The position numbers and the translations under genes were made by a program. This document shows positions 45,001 through 60,000 of a stretch of DNA of 64,000 nt, in pieces (the stretch's first letter is position 1; the number at the start of each line of letters is the position of its first letter). The notes under the pieces were generated by a model. The model was not told where the DNA came from, ran no database searches, and was given only the letters and a program-made list of their open reading frames with translations. The stretch covers positions 70,122,001-70,186,000 of the forward strand of contig OZ296651.1 of assembly GCA_965655095.1 (NCBI GenBank), given 5' to 3'. This DNA comes from Haplodiscus bocki (Eukaryota).

Positions 45001-48000
45001 CAGCGACAAGCAGCACTGGGTACAACCTGTTTGAACTGAAGAGGTTTGTGGATCAGTTCCTTGAACTGAAGGAACCCTTACACCCCAACTGAACTTCATT
45101 CACTTTAGTGCTTCAATAAACGCAATGAAGCGCAACTACTACGAGTCACTGCGTGCCAGAGAATTGCACAGCTTGTCATTTCGAGTTCAATTACTTCAAA
45201 GAGGGATGCCGCGAAGCTGCACTGCAGAGCGCGTGACTTCGTGGAAGAAGTTTTTCAGAAGCTGGAAGAAGGTGCATAGGAGGACCGCGATGATCAGTCG
45301 AAGTTCAAAGACCTAAAACAAGTCCAGATATGTCTTTTTGTTCTCAGGAACGGTTGCCGGAACCCAACTGTCTTTAGCCTTCGAAGAGCCTACATGAAGA
45401 ATTGCTTCTACGACGCTGACAAGCACCTCCTGGCTTTTCACATGGGCCCTGGAACTAGCTGGAGCTGAACCATATAGTGGTCGACTCTCACTGTTCATCA
45501 GGAGTGTAATGAAGCAGCTCATCGTAAACAGCTCTCGTGTTTGTTGTGTCCCCAAAAGTTTGCCCCAGAACTTACTCCAAGAAAACACGTAAGAGAGTTC
45601 CATTGCCTGTCTCATAAGCCCTCTCTTAAAGTGAATCACAGAATACATATCAAAGGAGATAAAATTCAATTTGATCGACGAAGAAGCAAATGCTACCCGT
45701 TATCGCCATGCACAATACTTGTGAACCAGAAGGTCAACCATGAAGAACATCCGCTCCAGTTGGAGTTAGTACGCACTAAAAAAGACTTGCCGGAGTCAAT
45801 CACTCACTCTGTACGCAAAGTTGATCAAACAAACACCGCAGGAAATTTACTGAATTCTATCCAATCTCTTAAAAGAGGTATTAAATTCAAGGCTCAACTA
45901 CAGTACCACCAAGCACAAAAGGAAGAGTTTGGGATAGGTTTTCAGCGGACTTGCCTTGAAGAAAACTCTAATTCGAAGCTTCAACGTAAGGCTGGAGTTG
46001 ATATTCCATACGAAGAGGATGCGCAACTTTACAGAACTTGGTTGAACAAGCACCAGATGAATTCAGCGACAAGCAGCATTGGGTACAACCTGTTTGAACT
46101 GAAGACGTTTGTGGATCAGTTTCTTGAACTGAAGGAACCCTTACACTCCAACTGAACTTCATTCATTTTAGTGCTTCAATAAACGCAATGAAGCGCAACT
46201 ACTACGAGTCACTGCGTGCCAGAGAATTGCACAGCTTGTCATTTCGAGTTCAATTACTTCAAAGAGGGATGCCGCGAAGCTGCACTGCAGAGCGCGTGAC
46301 TTCGTGGAAGAAGTTTTTCAGAAGCTGGAAGAAGGTGCATAGGAGGACCGCGATGATCAGTCGAAGTTCAAAGACCTAAAACAAGTCCAGATTTGTCTTT
46401 TTGTTCTCAGGAATGGTTGCCGGAACCCAACTGTCTTTAGCCTTCGAAGAGCCTACATGAAAAATTGCTTCTACGACGCTGACAAGCACCTCCTGGCTTT
46501 TCACATGGGCCCTGGATCTAGCTGGAGCTGAACCATATAGTGGTCGACTCTCACTGTTCATCGGGAGTGTAATGAAGCAGCTCATCGTAAACAGCTCTCG
46601 TGTTTGTTGTGTCCCCAAAAGTTTGCCCCAGAACTTACTCCAAGAAAACACGTAAGAGAGTTCCATTGCCTGTCTCATAAGCCCTCTCTTAAAGTGAATC
46701 ACAGAATACATATCAAAGGAGATAAAATTCAATTTGAACGACGAAGAAGCAAATGCTACCCGTTTTCGCCATGCACAATACTTGTTAACCAGAAGGTCAA
46801 CCATGAAGAACATCCGCTCCAGTTGGAGTTAGTACGCACTATAAAAGACTTGCCGGAGTCAATCACTCACTCTGTACGCAAAGTTGATCAAACAAACACC
46901 ACAGGAAATTTACTGAATTCTATCCAATCTCTTAAAAGAGGTATTAACTTCAAGGCTCAACTACAGTACCACCAAGCACAAAAGGAAGAGTTTGGGGTAG
47001 GTTTTCAGCGGACTTGCCTTAAAGAAAACTCTAATTCGAAGCTCCAACGTAAGGCTGGAGTTGATATTCCATACGAAGAGGACGCGCAACTTTACAGAAC
47101 TTGGTTGAACAAGCACCAGATGAATTCAGCGACAAGCAGCACTGGGTACAACCTGTTTGAACTGAAGAGGTTTGTGGATCAGTTCCTTGAACTGAAGGAA
47201 CCCTTACACCCCAACTGAACTTCATTCACTTTAGTGCTTCAATAAACGCAATGAAGCGCAACTACTACGAGTCACTGCGTGCCAGAGAATTGCACAGCTT
47301 GTCATTTCGAGTTCAATTACTTCAAAGAGGGATGCCGCAAAGCTGCACTGCAGAGCGCGTGACTTCGTGGGAGAAGTTTTTCAGAAGCTGGAAGAAGGTG
47401 CATAGGAGGACCGCGATGATCAGTCGAAGTTCAAAGACCTAAAACAAGTCCAGATATGTCTTTTTGTTCTCAGGAACGGTTGCCGGAACCCAACTGTCTT
47501 TAGCCTTCGAAGAGCCTACATGAAGAATTGCTTCTACGACGCTGACAAGCACCTCCTGGCTTTTCACATGGGCCCTGGAACTAGCTGGAGCTGAACCATA
47601 TAGTGGTCGACTCTCACTGTTCATCAGGAGTGTAATGAAGCAGCTCATCGTAAACAGCTCTCGTTTTTGTTGTGTCCCCAAAAGTTTGCCCCAGAGTTTA
47701 CTCCAAGAAAACACGAGAGTTCCATTGCCTGTCTCATAAGCCCTCTCTTAAAGTGAATCACAGAATACATATCAAAGGAGATAAAATTCAATTTGATCGA
47801 CGAAGAAGCAAATGCTACCCGTTTTCGCCATGCACAATACTTGTTAACCAGAAGGTCAACCATGAAGAACATCCGCTCCAGTTGGAGTTAGTACGCACTA
47901 TAAAAGACTTGCCGGAGTCAATCACTCACTCTGTACGCAAAGTTGATCAAACACCGCAGGAAATTTACTGAATTCTATCCAATCTCTTAAAAGAGGTATT

Positions 48001-51000
48001 AACTTCAAGGCTCAACTACAGTACCACCAAGCACAAAAGGAAGAGTTTGGGGTAGGTTTTCAGCGGACTTGCCTTGAAGAAAACTCTAATGCGAAGCTTC
48101 AACGTAAGGCTGGAGTTGATATTCCATACGAAGAGGATGCGCAACTTTACAGAACTTGGTTGAACAAGCACCAGATGAATTCAGCGACAAGCAGCACTGG
48201 GTACAACCTGTTTGAACTGAAGAGGTTTGTGGATCAGTTCCTTGAAATGAAGGAACCCTTACACCCCAACTGAACTTCATTCACTTTAGTGCTTCAATAA
48301 ACGCAATGAAGCGCAACTACTACGAGTCACTGCGTGCCAGAGAATTGCACAGCTTGTCATTTCGAGTTCAATTACTTCAAAGAGGGATGCCGCGAAGCTG
48401 CACTGCAGAGCGCGTGACTTCGTGGAAGAAGTTTTTCAGAAGCTGGAAGAAGGTGCATAGGAGGACCGCGATGATCAGTCGAAGTTCAAAGACCTAAAAC
48501 AAGTCCAGATATGTCTTTTTGTTCTCAGGAACGGTTGCCGGAACCCAACTGTCTTTAGCCTTCGAAGAGCCTACATGAAGAATTGCTTCTACGACGCTGA
48601 CAAGCACCTCCTGGCTTTTCACATGGGCCCTGGAACTAGCTGGAGCTGAACCATATAGTGGTCGACTCTCACTGTTCATCAGGAGTGTAATGAAGCAGCT
48701 CATCGTAAACAGCTCTCGTTTTTGTTGTGTCCCCAAAAGTTTGCCCCAGAGTTTACTCCAAGAAAACACGAGAGTTCCATTGCCTGTCTCATAAGCCCTC
48801 TCTTAAAGTGAATCACAGAATACATATCAAAGGAGATAAAATTCAATTTGATCGACGAAGAAGCAAATGCTACCCGTTTTCGCCATGCACAATACTTGTT
48901 AACCAGAAGGTCAACCATGAAGAACATCCGCTCCAGTTGGAGTTAGTACGCACTATAAAAGACTTGCCGGAGTCAATCACTCACTCTGTACGCAAAGTTG
49001 ATCAAACAAACACCGCAGGAAATTTACTGAATTCTATCCAATCTCTTAAAAGAGGTATTAACTTCAAGGCTCAACTACAGTACCACCAAGCACAAAAGGA
49101 AGAGTTTGGGGTAGGTTTTCAGCGGACTTGCCTTAAAGAAAACTCTAATTCGAAGCTTCAACGTAAGGCTGGAGTTGATATTCCATACGAAGAGGACGCG
49201 CAACTTTACAGAACTTGGTTGAACAAGCACCAGATGAATTCAGCGACAAGCAGCACTGGGTACAACCTGTTTGAACAGAAGAGGTTTGTGGATCAGTTCC
49301 TTGAACTGAAGGAACCCTTACACCCCAACTGAACTTCATTCACTTTAGTGCTTCAATAAACGCAATGAAGCGCAACTACTACGAGTCACTGCGTGCCAGA
49401 GAATTGCACAGCTTGTCATTTCGAGTTCAATTACTTCAAAGAGGGATGCCGCGAAGCTGCACTGCAGAGCGCGTGACTTCGTGGAAGAAGTTTTTCAGAA
49501 GCTGGAAGAAGGTGCATAGGAGGACCGCGATGATCAGTCGAAGTTCAAAGACCTAAAACAAGTCCAGATGTCTTTTTGTTCTCAGGAACGGTTGCCGGAA
49601 CACAACTGTCTTTAGCCTTCGAAGAGCCTACATGAAGAATTGCTTCTACGACGCTGACAAGCACCTCCTGGCTTTTCACATGGGCCCTGGAACTAGCTGG
49701 AGCTGAACCATATAGTGGTCGACTCTCACTGTTCATCAGGAGTGTAATGAAGCAGCTCATCGTAAACAGCTCTGGTGTTTGTTGTGTCCCCAAAAGTTTG
49801 CCCCAGAGTTTACCCCACAAAAACACGTAAGAGAGTTCCATTGCCTGTCTCATAAGCCCTCTCTGAAAGTGAATCACAGTATACATATCAAAGGAGATAA
49901 AATTCAATTTGATCGACGAAGAAGTAAATGCTACCCGTGTTCGCCATGCACAATACTTGTGAACCAGAAGGTCAACCATGAAGAACATCCGCTCCAGTTG
50001 GAGTTAGAAAGCACTATAAAAGACTTGCCGGAGTCAATCACTCATTCTGTACGCAAAGTTGATCAAACAAACACCGCAGGAAATTTACTGAATTCTATGC
50101 AATCGCTTAAAAGAGGTTTTAACTTCAAGGCTCAACTACAGTACCAACAAGCACAAGAGGAAGAGTTTGGGGTAGGTTTTCGGCGGACTTGCCTTAAAGA
50201 AAACTCTAATTCGAAGCTTCAACGTAAGGCTGGAGTTGATATTCCATACGAAGAGGATGCGGAACTTTACAGAACTTGGTTGAACAAGCACCAGATGAAT
50301 TCAGCGACAAGCAGCACTGGGTACAACCTGTTTGAACTGAAAAGGTTTGTGCATCAGTTCCTTGAACTGAAGGAACCCTTACACCCCAACTGAACTTCAT
50401 TCATTTTAGCGCTTCAATAAACGCAATGAAGCGCAACTACTACGAGTCACTGCGTGCCAGAGAATTGCACAGCTTGTCATTTCGAGTTCAATAACTTCAA
50501 AGAAGGATGCCGCGAAGCTGCACCGCAGAGCGCGTGACTTCGTGGAAGAAGTTTTTCAGAAGCTGGAATAAGGTGCATAGGAGGACCGCGATGATCAGTC
50601 GAAGTTCAAAGACCTAAAACAAGTCCAGATTTGTCTTCTTGTTCTCAGGAATGGTTGCCGGAACCCAACTGTCTTTAGCCTTCGAAGAGCCTACATGAAG
50701 AATTGCTTCTACGACGCTGACAAGCACCTCCTGGCTATTCACATGGGCCCTGGAACTTTAGCTGGAGCTGAACCATATAGTCGTCGACTCTCACTGTTCA
50801 TCGGGAGTGTAATGAAGCAGCTCATCGTAAACAGCTCTCGTGTTTGTTGTGTCCCTAAAAGTTTGCCCCAGAGTTTACCCCAAGAAAAAACGTGAGAGAG
50901 TTCCATTGCCTGTCTCATAAGCCCTCTCTGAAAGTGAATCAGAGTATACATATCAAAGGAGATAAAATTCAATTTGATCGACGAAGAAGTAAATGCTACC

Positions 51001-54000
51001 CATGTTCGCCATGCACAATACTTGTGAACCAGAAGGTCAACCATGAAGAACATCCGCTCCAGTTGGAGTTAGTACGCACTATAAAAGACTTGCCGGAGTC
51101 AATCACTCACTCTGTACGCAGAGTTAATCAAACAAACACCGCAGGAAATTTACTGAATTCTATCCAATCTCTTAAAAGAGGTATTAAATTCAAGGCTCAA
51201 CTACAGTACCACCAAGCACAAAAGGAAGAGTTTGGGATAGGTTTTCAGCGGACTTGCCTTGAAGAAAACTCTAATTCGAAGCTTCAACGTAAGGCTGGAG
51301 TTGATATTCCATACGAAGAGGATGCGCAACTTTACAGAACTTGGTTGAACAAGCACTAGATGAATTCAGCGACAAGCAGCATTGGGTACAACTTGTATGA
51401 ACTGAAGAGGTTTTTGGATCAGTTCCTTGAACTGAAGGAACCCTTACACCCCAACTGAACTTCATTCACTTTAGTGCTTCAATAAACGCAATGAAGCGCA
51501 ACTGCTACGAGTCACTGCGTGCCAGAGAATTGCACAGCTTGTCATTTCGAGTTCAATTACTTCAAAGAAGGATGCAAAAAGCTGCACTGCAGAGCGCGTG
51601 ACTTCGTGGAAGAAGTTTTTCAGAAGCTGGAAGAAGGTGCATAGGAGGACCGCGATGATCAGTCGAAGTTCAAAGACCTAAAACAAGTCCAGATTTGTCT
51701 TCTTGTTCTCAGGAATGGTTGCCGGAACCCAACTGTCTTTAGCCTTCGAAGAGCCTACATGAAGAATTGCTTCTACGACGCTGACAAGCACCTCCTGGCT
51801 ATTCACATGGGCCCTGGAACTTTAGCTGGAGCTGAACCATATAGTCGTCGACTCTCACTTCATCGGGAGTGTAATGAAGCAGCTCATCGTAAACAGCTCT
51901 CGTGTTTGTTGTGTCCCTAAAAGTTTGCCCCAGAGTTTACCCCAAGAAAAAACGTGAGAGAGTTCCATTGCCTGTCTCATAAGCCCTCTCTGAAAGTGAA
52001 TCAGAGTATACATATCAAAGGAGATAAAATTCAATTTGATCGACGAAGAAGTAAATGCTACCCATGTTCGCCATGCACAATACTTGTGAACCAGAAGGTC
52101 AACCATGAAGAACATCCGCTCCAGTTGGAGTTAGTACGCACTATAAAAGACTTGCCGGAGTCAATCACTCACTCTGTACGCAGAGTTAATCAAACAAACA
52201 CCGCAGGAAATTTACTGAATTCTATCCAATCTCTTAAAAGAGGTATTAAATTCAAGGCTCAACTACAGTACCACCAAGCACAAAAGGAAGAGTTTGGGAT
52301 AGGTTTTCAGCGGACTTGCCTTGAAGAAAACTCTAATTCGAAGCTTCAACGTAAGGCTGGAGTTGATATTCCATACGAAGAGGATGCGCAACTTTACAGA
52401 ACTTGGTTGAACAAGCACCAGATGAATTCAGCGACAAGCAGCATTGGGTACAACTTGTATGAACTGAAGAGGTTTTTGGATCAGTTCCTTGAACTGAAGG
52501 AACCCTTACACCCCAACTGAACTTCATTCACTTTAGTGCTTCAATAAACGCAATGAAGCGCAACTGCTACGAGTCACTGCGTGCCAGAGAATTGCACAGC
52601 TTGTCATTTCGAGTTCAATTACTTCAAAGAAGGATGCAAAAAGCTGCACTGCAGAGCGCGTGACTTCGTGGAAGAAGTTTTTCAGAAGCTGGAAGAAGGT
52701 GCATAGGAGGACCGCGATGATCAGTCGAAGTTCAAAGACCTAAAACAAGTCCAGATATGTCTTTTTGTTCTCAGGAACGGTTGCCGGAACCCAACTGTCT
52801 TTAGCCTTCGAAGAGCCTACATGAAGAATTGCTTCTACGACGCTGACAAGCACCTCCTGGCTTTTCACATGGGCCCTGGAACTAGCTGGAGCTGAACCAT
52901 ATAGTGGTCGACTCTCACTGTTCATCAGGAGTGTAATGAAGCAGCTCATCGTAAACAGCTCTCGTGTTTGTTGTGTCCCCAAAAGTTTGCCCCAGAGTTT
53001 ACCCCAAGAAAACACGTAAGAGAGTTCCATTGCCTGTCTCATAAGCCCTCTCTGAAAGTGAATCACAGTATACATATCAAAGGAGATAAAATTCAATTTG
53101 ATCGACGAAGAAGTAAATGCTACCCGTGTTCGCCATGCACAATACTTGTGAACCAGAAGGTCAACCATGAAGAACATCCGCTCCAGTTGGAGTTAGAACG
53201 CACTATAAAAGACTTGCCGGAGTCAATCACTCATTCTGTACGCAAAGTTGATCAAACAAACACCGCAGGAAATTTACTGAATTCTGTGCAATCGCTTAAA
53301 AGAGGTTTTAACTTCAAGGCTCAACTACAGTACCAACAAGCACAAGAGGAAGAGTTTGGGGTAGGTTTTCGGCGGACTTGCCTTAAAGAAAACTCTAATT
53401 CGAAGCTTCAACGTAAGGCTGGAGTTGATATTCCATACGAAGAGGATGCGGAACTTTACAGAACTTGGTTGAACAAGCACCAGATGAATTCAGCGACAAG
53501 CAGCATTGGGTACAACCTGTTTGAACTGAAAAGGTTTGTGGATCAGTTCCTTGAACTGAAGGAACCCTTACACCCCAACTGAACTTCATTCATTTTAGCG
53601 CTTCAATAAACGCAATGAAGCGCAACTACTACGAGTCACTGCGTGCCAGAGAATTGCACAGCTTGTCATTTCGAGTTCAATAACTTCAAAGAAGGATGCC
53701 GCGAAGCTGCACCGCAGAGCGCGTGACTTCGTGGAAGAAGTTTTTCAGAAGCTGGAATAAGGTGCATAGGAGGACCGCGATGATCAGTCGAAGTTCAAAG
53801 ACCTAAAACAAGTCCAGATTTATCTTCTTGTTCTCAGGAATGGTTGCCGGAACCCAACTGTCTTTAGCCTTCGAAGAGCCTACATGAAGAATTGCTTCTA
53901 CGACGCTGACAAGCACCTCCTGGCTATTCACATGGGCCCTGGAACTTTAGCTGGAGCTGAACCATATAGTCGTCGACTCTCACTGTTCATCGGGAGTGTA

Positions 54001-57000
54001 ATGAAGCAGCTCATCGTAAACAGCTCTCGTGTTTGTTGTGTCCCTAAAAGTTTGCCCCAGAGTTTACCCCAAGAAAAAACGTGAGAGAGTTCCATTGCCT
54101 GTCTCATAAGCCCTCTCTGAAAGTGAATCAGAGTATACATATCAAAGGAGATAAAATTCAATTTGATCGACGAAGAAGTAAATGCTACCCATGTTCGCCA
54201 TGCACAATACTTGTGAACCAGAAGGTCAACCATGAAGAACATCCGCTCCAGTTGGAGTTAGTACGCACTATAAAAGACTTGCCGGAGTCAATCACTCACT
54301 CTGTACGCAGAGTTAATCAAACAAACACCGCAGGAAATTTACTGAATTCTATCCAATCTCTTAAAAGAGGTATTAAATTCAAGGCTCAACTACAGTACCA
54401 CCAAGCACAAAAGGAAGAGTTTGGGATAGGTTTTCAGCGGACTTGCCTTGAAGAAAACTCTAATTCGAAGCTTCAACGTAAGGCTGGAGTTGATATTCCA
54501 TACGAAGAGGATGCGCAACTTTACAGAACTTGGTTGAACAAGCACTAGATGAATTCAGCGACAAGCAGCATTGGGTACAACTTGTATGAACTGAAGAGGT
54601 TTTTGGATCAGTTCCTTGAACTGAAGGAACCCTTACACCCCAACTGAACTTCATTCACTTTAGTGCTTCAATAAACGCAATGAAGCGCAACTGCTACGAG
54701 TCACTGCGTGCCAGAGAATTGCACAGCTTGTCATTTCGAGTTCAATTACTTCAAAGAAGGATGCAAAAAGCTGCACTGCAGAGCGCGTGACTTCGTGGAA
54801 GAAGTTTTTCAGAAGCTGGAAGAAGGTGCATAGGAGGACCGCGATGATCAGTCGAAGTTCAAAGACCTAAAACAAGTCCAGATATGTCTTTTTGTTCTCA
54901 GGAACGGTTGCCGGAACCCAACTGTCTTTAGCATTCGAAAAGCCTACATGAAGAATTGCTTCTACGACGCTGACAAGCACCTCCTGGCTTTTCACATGGG
55001 CCCTGGAACTTTAGCTGGAGCTGAACCATATAGTGGTCGACTTTCACTGTTCATTGGGAGTGTAATGAAGCAGCTCATCGTAAACAGCCCTCGTGTTTGT
55101 TGTGTCCCCAAAAGTTTGCCCAAGAGTTTACCACAAGAAAACAGGTAAGAGAGTTCCATTGCCTGTCTCATAAGCCCTCTCTGAAAGTGAATCATAGTAT
55201 ACATATCAAAGGAGATAAAATTCAATTTGATCGACGAAGAAGTAAATGCTACCCATGTTCGCCATGCACAATACTTGTGAACCAGAAGGTCAACCATGAA
55301 GAACATCCGCTCCAGTTGGAGTTAGTACGCACTATAAAAGACTTGCCGGAGTCAATCACTCATTCTGTACGCAAAGTTGATCAAACAAACACCGCAGGAA
55401 ATTTACTGAATTCTGTGCAATCGCTTAAAAGAGGTTTTAACTTCAAGGCTCAACTACAGTACCAACAAGCACAAGAGGAAGAGTTTGGGGTAGGTTTTCG
55501 GCGGACTTGCCTTAAAGAAAACTCTAATTCGAAGCTTCAACGTAAGGCTGGAGTTGATATTCCATACGAAGAGGATGCGCAACTTTACAGAACTTGGTTG
55601 AACAAGCACTAGATGAATTCAGCGACAAGCAGCATTGGGTACAACTTGTATGAACTGAAGAGGTTTTTGGATCAGTTCCTTGAACTGAAGGAACCCTTAC
55701 ACCCCAACTGAACTTCATTCACTTTAGTGCTTCAATAAACGCAATGAAGCGCAACTGCTACGAGTCACTGCGTGCCAGAGAATTGCACAGCTTGTCATTT
55801 CGAGTTCAATTACTTCAAAGAAGGATGCAAAAAGCTGCACTGCAGAGCGCGTGACTTCGTGGAAGAAGTTTTTCAGAAGCTGGAAGAAGGTGCATAGGAG
55901 GACCGCGATGATCAGTCGAAGTTCAAAGACCTAAAACAAGTCCAGATATGTCTTTTTGTTCTCAGGAACGGTTGCCGGAACCCAACTGTCTTTAGCATTC
56001 GAAAAGCCTACATGAAGAATTGCTTCTACGACGCTGACAAGCACCTCCTGGCTTTTCACATGGGCCCTGGAACTTTAGCTGGAGCTGAACCATATAGTGG
56101 TCGACTTTCACTGTTCATTGGGAGTGTAATGAAGCAGCTCATCGTAAACAGCCCTCGTGTTTGTTGTGTCCCCAAAAGTTTGCCCAAGAGTTTACCACAA
56201 GAAAACAGGTAAGAGAGTTCCATTGCCTGTCTCATAAGCCCTCTCTGAAAGTGAATCATAGTATACATATCAAAGGAGATAAAATTCAATTTGATCGACG
56301 AAGAAGCAAATGCTACCCGTTATCGCCATGCACAATACTTGTGAACCACAAGGTCAACCATGAAGAACATCCGCTCCAGTTGGAGTTAGTACGCACTAAA
56401 AAAGACTTGCCGGAGTCAATCACTCACTCTGTACGCAAGGTTGATCAAACAAACACCGCAGGAAATTTACTGAATTCTATCCAATCTCTTAAAAGAGGTA
56501 TTAACTTCAAGGCTCAACTACAGTACCACCAAGCACAAAAGGAAGAGTTTGGGGTAGGTTTTCAGCGGACTTGCCCTGAAGAAAACTCTAATTCGAAGCT
56601 TCAACGTAAGGCTGGAGTTGATATTCCATACGACGAGGATGCGCAACTTTACAGAACTTGGTTGAACAAGCACCAGATGAATTCAGCGACAAGCAGCATT
56701 GGGTACAACCTGTTTGAACTGAAGACGTTTGTGGATCAGTTTCTTGAACTGAAGGAACCCTTACACCCCAACTGAACTTCATTCACTTTAGTGTTTCAAT
56801 AAACGCAATGAAGCGCAACTACTACGAGTCACTGCGTGCCAGAGAATTGCACAGCTTTTCATTTCGAGTTCAATTACTTCAAAGAAGGATGCCGCGAAGC
56901 TGCACTGCAGAGCGCGTGACTTCGTGGAACAAGTTTTTCAGAAGCTGGAAGAAGGTGCATAGGAGGACCGCGATGATCAGTCGAAGTTCAAAGACCTAAA

Positions 57001-60000
57001 ACAAGTCCAGATATGTCTTTTTGTTCTCAGGAACGGTTGCCGGAACCCAACTGTCTTTAGCATTCGAAAAGCCTACATGAAGAATTGCTTCTACGACGCT
57101 GACAAGCACCTCCTGGCTTTTCACATGGGCCCTGGAACTAGCTGGAGCTGAACCATATAGTGGTCGACTCTCACTGTTCATCGGGAGTGTAATGAAGCAG
57201 CTCATCGTAAACAGCTCTCGTGTTTGTTGTGTCCCCAAAAGTTTGCCCCAGAACTTACTCCAAGAAAACACGTAAGAGAGTTCCATTGCCTGTCTCATAA
57301 GCCCTCTCTTAAAGTGAATCACAGAATACATATCAAAGGAGATAAAATTCAATTTGATCGACGAAGAAGCAAATGCTACCCGTTTTCGCCATGCACAATA
57401 CTTGTTAACCAGAAGGTCAACCATGAAGAACATCCGCTCCAGTTGGAGTTAGTACGCACTATAAAAGACTTGCCGGAGTCAATCACTCACTCTGTACGCA
57501 AAGTTGATCAAACAAACACCGCAGGAAATTTACTGAATTCTATCCAATCTCTTAAAAGAGGTATTAACTTCAAGGCTCAACTACAGTACCACCAAGCACA
57601 AAAGGAAGAGTTTGGGGTAGGTTTTCAGCGGAGTTGCCTTAAAGAAAACTCTAATTCGAAGCTTCAACGTAAGGCTGGAGTTGATATTCCATACGAAGAG
57701 GACGCGCAACTTTACAGAACTTGGTTGAACAAGCACCAGATGAATTCAGCGACAAGCAGCACTGGGTACAACCTGTTTGAACAGAAGAGGTTTGTGGATC
57801 AGTTCCTTGAACTGAAGGAACCCTTACACCCCAACTGAACTTCATTCACTTTAGTGCTTCAATAAACGCAATGAAGCGCAACTGCTACGAGTCACTGCGT
57901 GCCAGAGAATTGCACAGCTTGTCATTTCGAGTTCAATTACTTCAAAGAAGGATGCAAAAAGCTGCACTGCAGAGCGCGTGACTTCGTGGAAGAAGTTTTT
58001 CAGAAGCTGGAAGAAGGTGCATAGGAGGACCGCGATGATCAGTCGAAGTTCAAAGACCTAAATTAAGTCCAGATATGTCTTTTTGTTCTCAGGAACGGTT
58101 GCCGGAACCCAACTGTCTTTAGCATTCGAAAAGCCTACATGAAGAATTGCTTCTACGACGCTGACAAGCACCTCCTGGCTTTTCACATGGGCCCTGGAAC
58201 TTTAGCTGGAGCTGAACCATATAGTGGTCGACTTTCACTGTTCATTGGGAGTGTAATGAAGCAGCTCATCGTAAACAGCCCTCGTGTTTGTTGTGTCCCC
58301 AAAAGTTTGCCCAAGAGTTTACCACAAGAAAACAGGTAAGAGAGTTCCATTGCCTGTCTCATAAGCCCTCTCTGAAAGTGAATCATAGTATACATATCAA
58401 AGGAGATAAAATTCAATTTGATCGACGAAGAAGCAAATGCTACCCGTTATCGCCATGCACAATACTTGTGAACCACAAGGTCAACCATGAAGAACATCCG
58501 CTCCAGTTGGAGTTAGTACGCACTAAAAAAGACTTGCCGGAGTCAATCACTCACTCTGTACGCAAGGTTGATCAAACAAACACCGCAGGAAATTTACTGA
58601 ATTCTATCCAATCTCTTAAAAGAGGTATTAACTTCAAGGCTCAACTACAGTACCACCAAGCACAAAAGGAAGAGTTTGGGGTAGGTTTTCAGCGGACTTG
58701 CCCTGAAGAAAACTCTAATTCGAAGCTTCAACGTAAGGCTGGAGTTGATATTCCATACGACGAGGATGCGCAACTTTACAGAACTTGGTTGAACAAGCAC
58801 CAGATGAATTCAGCGACAAGCAGCATTGGGTACAACCTGTTTGAACTGAAGACGTTTGTGGATCAGTTTCTTGAACTGAAGGAACCCTTACACCCCAACT
58901 GAACTTCATTCACTTTAGTGTTTCAATAAACGCAATGAAGCGCAACTACTACGAGTCACTGCGTGCCAGAGAATGGCACAGCTTTTCATTTCGAGTTCAA
59001 TTACTTCAAAGAAGGATGCCGCGAAGCTGCACTGCAGAGCGCGTGACTTCGTGGAACAAGTTTTTCAGAAGCTGGAAGAAGGTGCATAGGAGGACCGCGA
59101 TGATCAGTCGAAGTTCAAAGACCTAAAACAAGTCCAGATATGTCTTTTTGTTCTCAGGAACGGTTGCCGGAACCCAACTGTCTTTAGCATTCGAAAAGCC
59201 TACATGAAGAATTGCTTCTACGACGCTGACAAGCACCTCCTGGCTTTTCACATGGGCCCTGGAACTAGCTGGAGCTGAACCATATAGTGGTCGACTCTCA
59301 CTGTTCATCGGGAGTGTAATGAAGCAGCTCATCGTAAACAGCTCTCGTGTTTGTTGTGTCCCCAAAAGTTTGCCCCAGAGTTTACTCCAAGAAAACACGT
59401 AAGAGAGTTCCATTGCCTGTCTCATAAGCCTGTCTTAAAGTGAATCACAGAATACATATCAAAGGAGAGAAAATTCAATTTGATCGACGAAGAAGCAAAT
59501 GCTACCCGTTTTCGCCATGCACAATACTTGTTAACCAGAAGGTCAACCATGAAGAACATCCGCTCCAGTTGGAGTTAGTACGCACTATAAAAGACTTGCC
59601 GGAGTCAATCACTCACTCTGTACGCAAAGTTGATCAAACAAACACCGCAGGAAATTTACTGAATTCTATCCAATCTCTTAAAAGAGGTATTAACTTCAAG
59701 GCTCAACTACAGTACCACCAAGCACAAAAGGAAGAGTTTGGGGTAGGTTTTCAGCGGACTTGCCTTAAAGAAAACTCTAATTCGAAGCTTCAACGTAAGG
59801 CTGGAGTTGATATTCCATACGACGAGGATGCGCAACTTTACAGAACTTGGTTGAACAAGCACCAGATGAATTCAGCGACAAGCAGCATTGGGTACAACCT
59901 GTTTGAACTGAAGACGTTTGTGGATCAGTTTCTTGAACTGAAGGAACCCTTACACCCCAACTGAACTTCATTCACTTTAGTGTTTCAATAAACGCAATGA

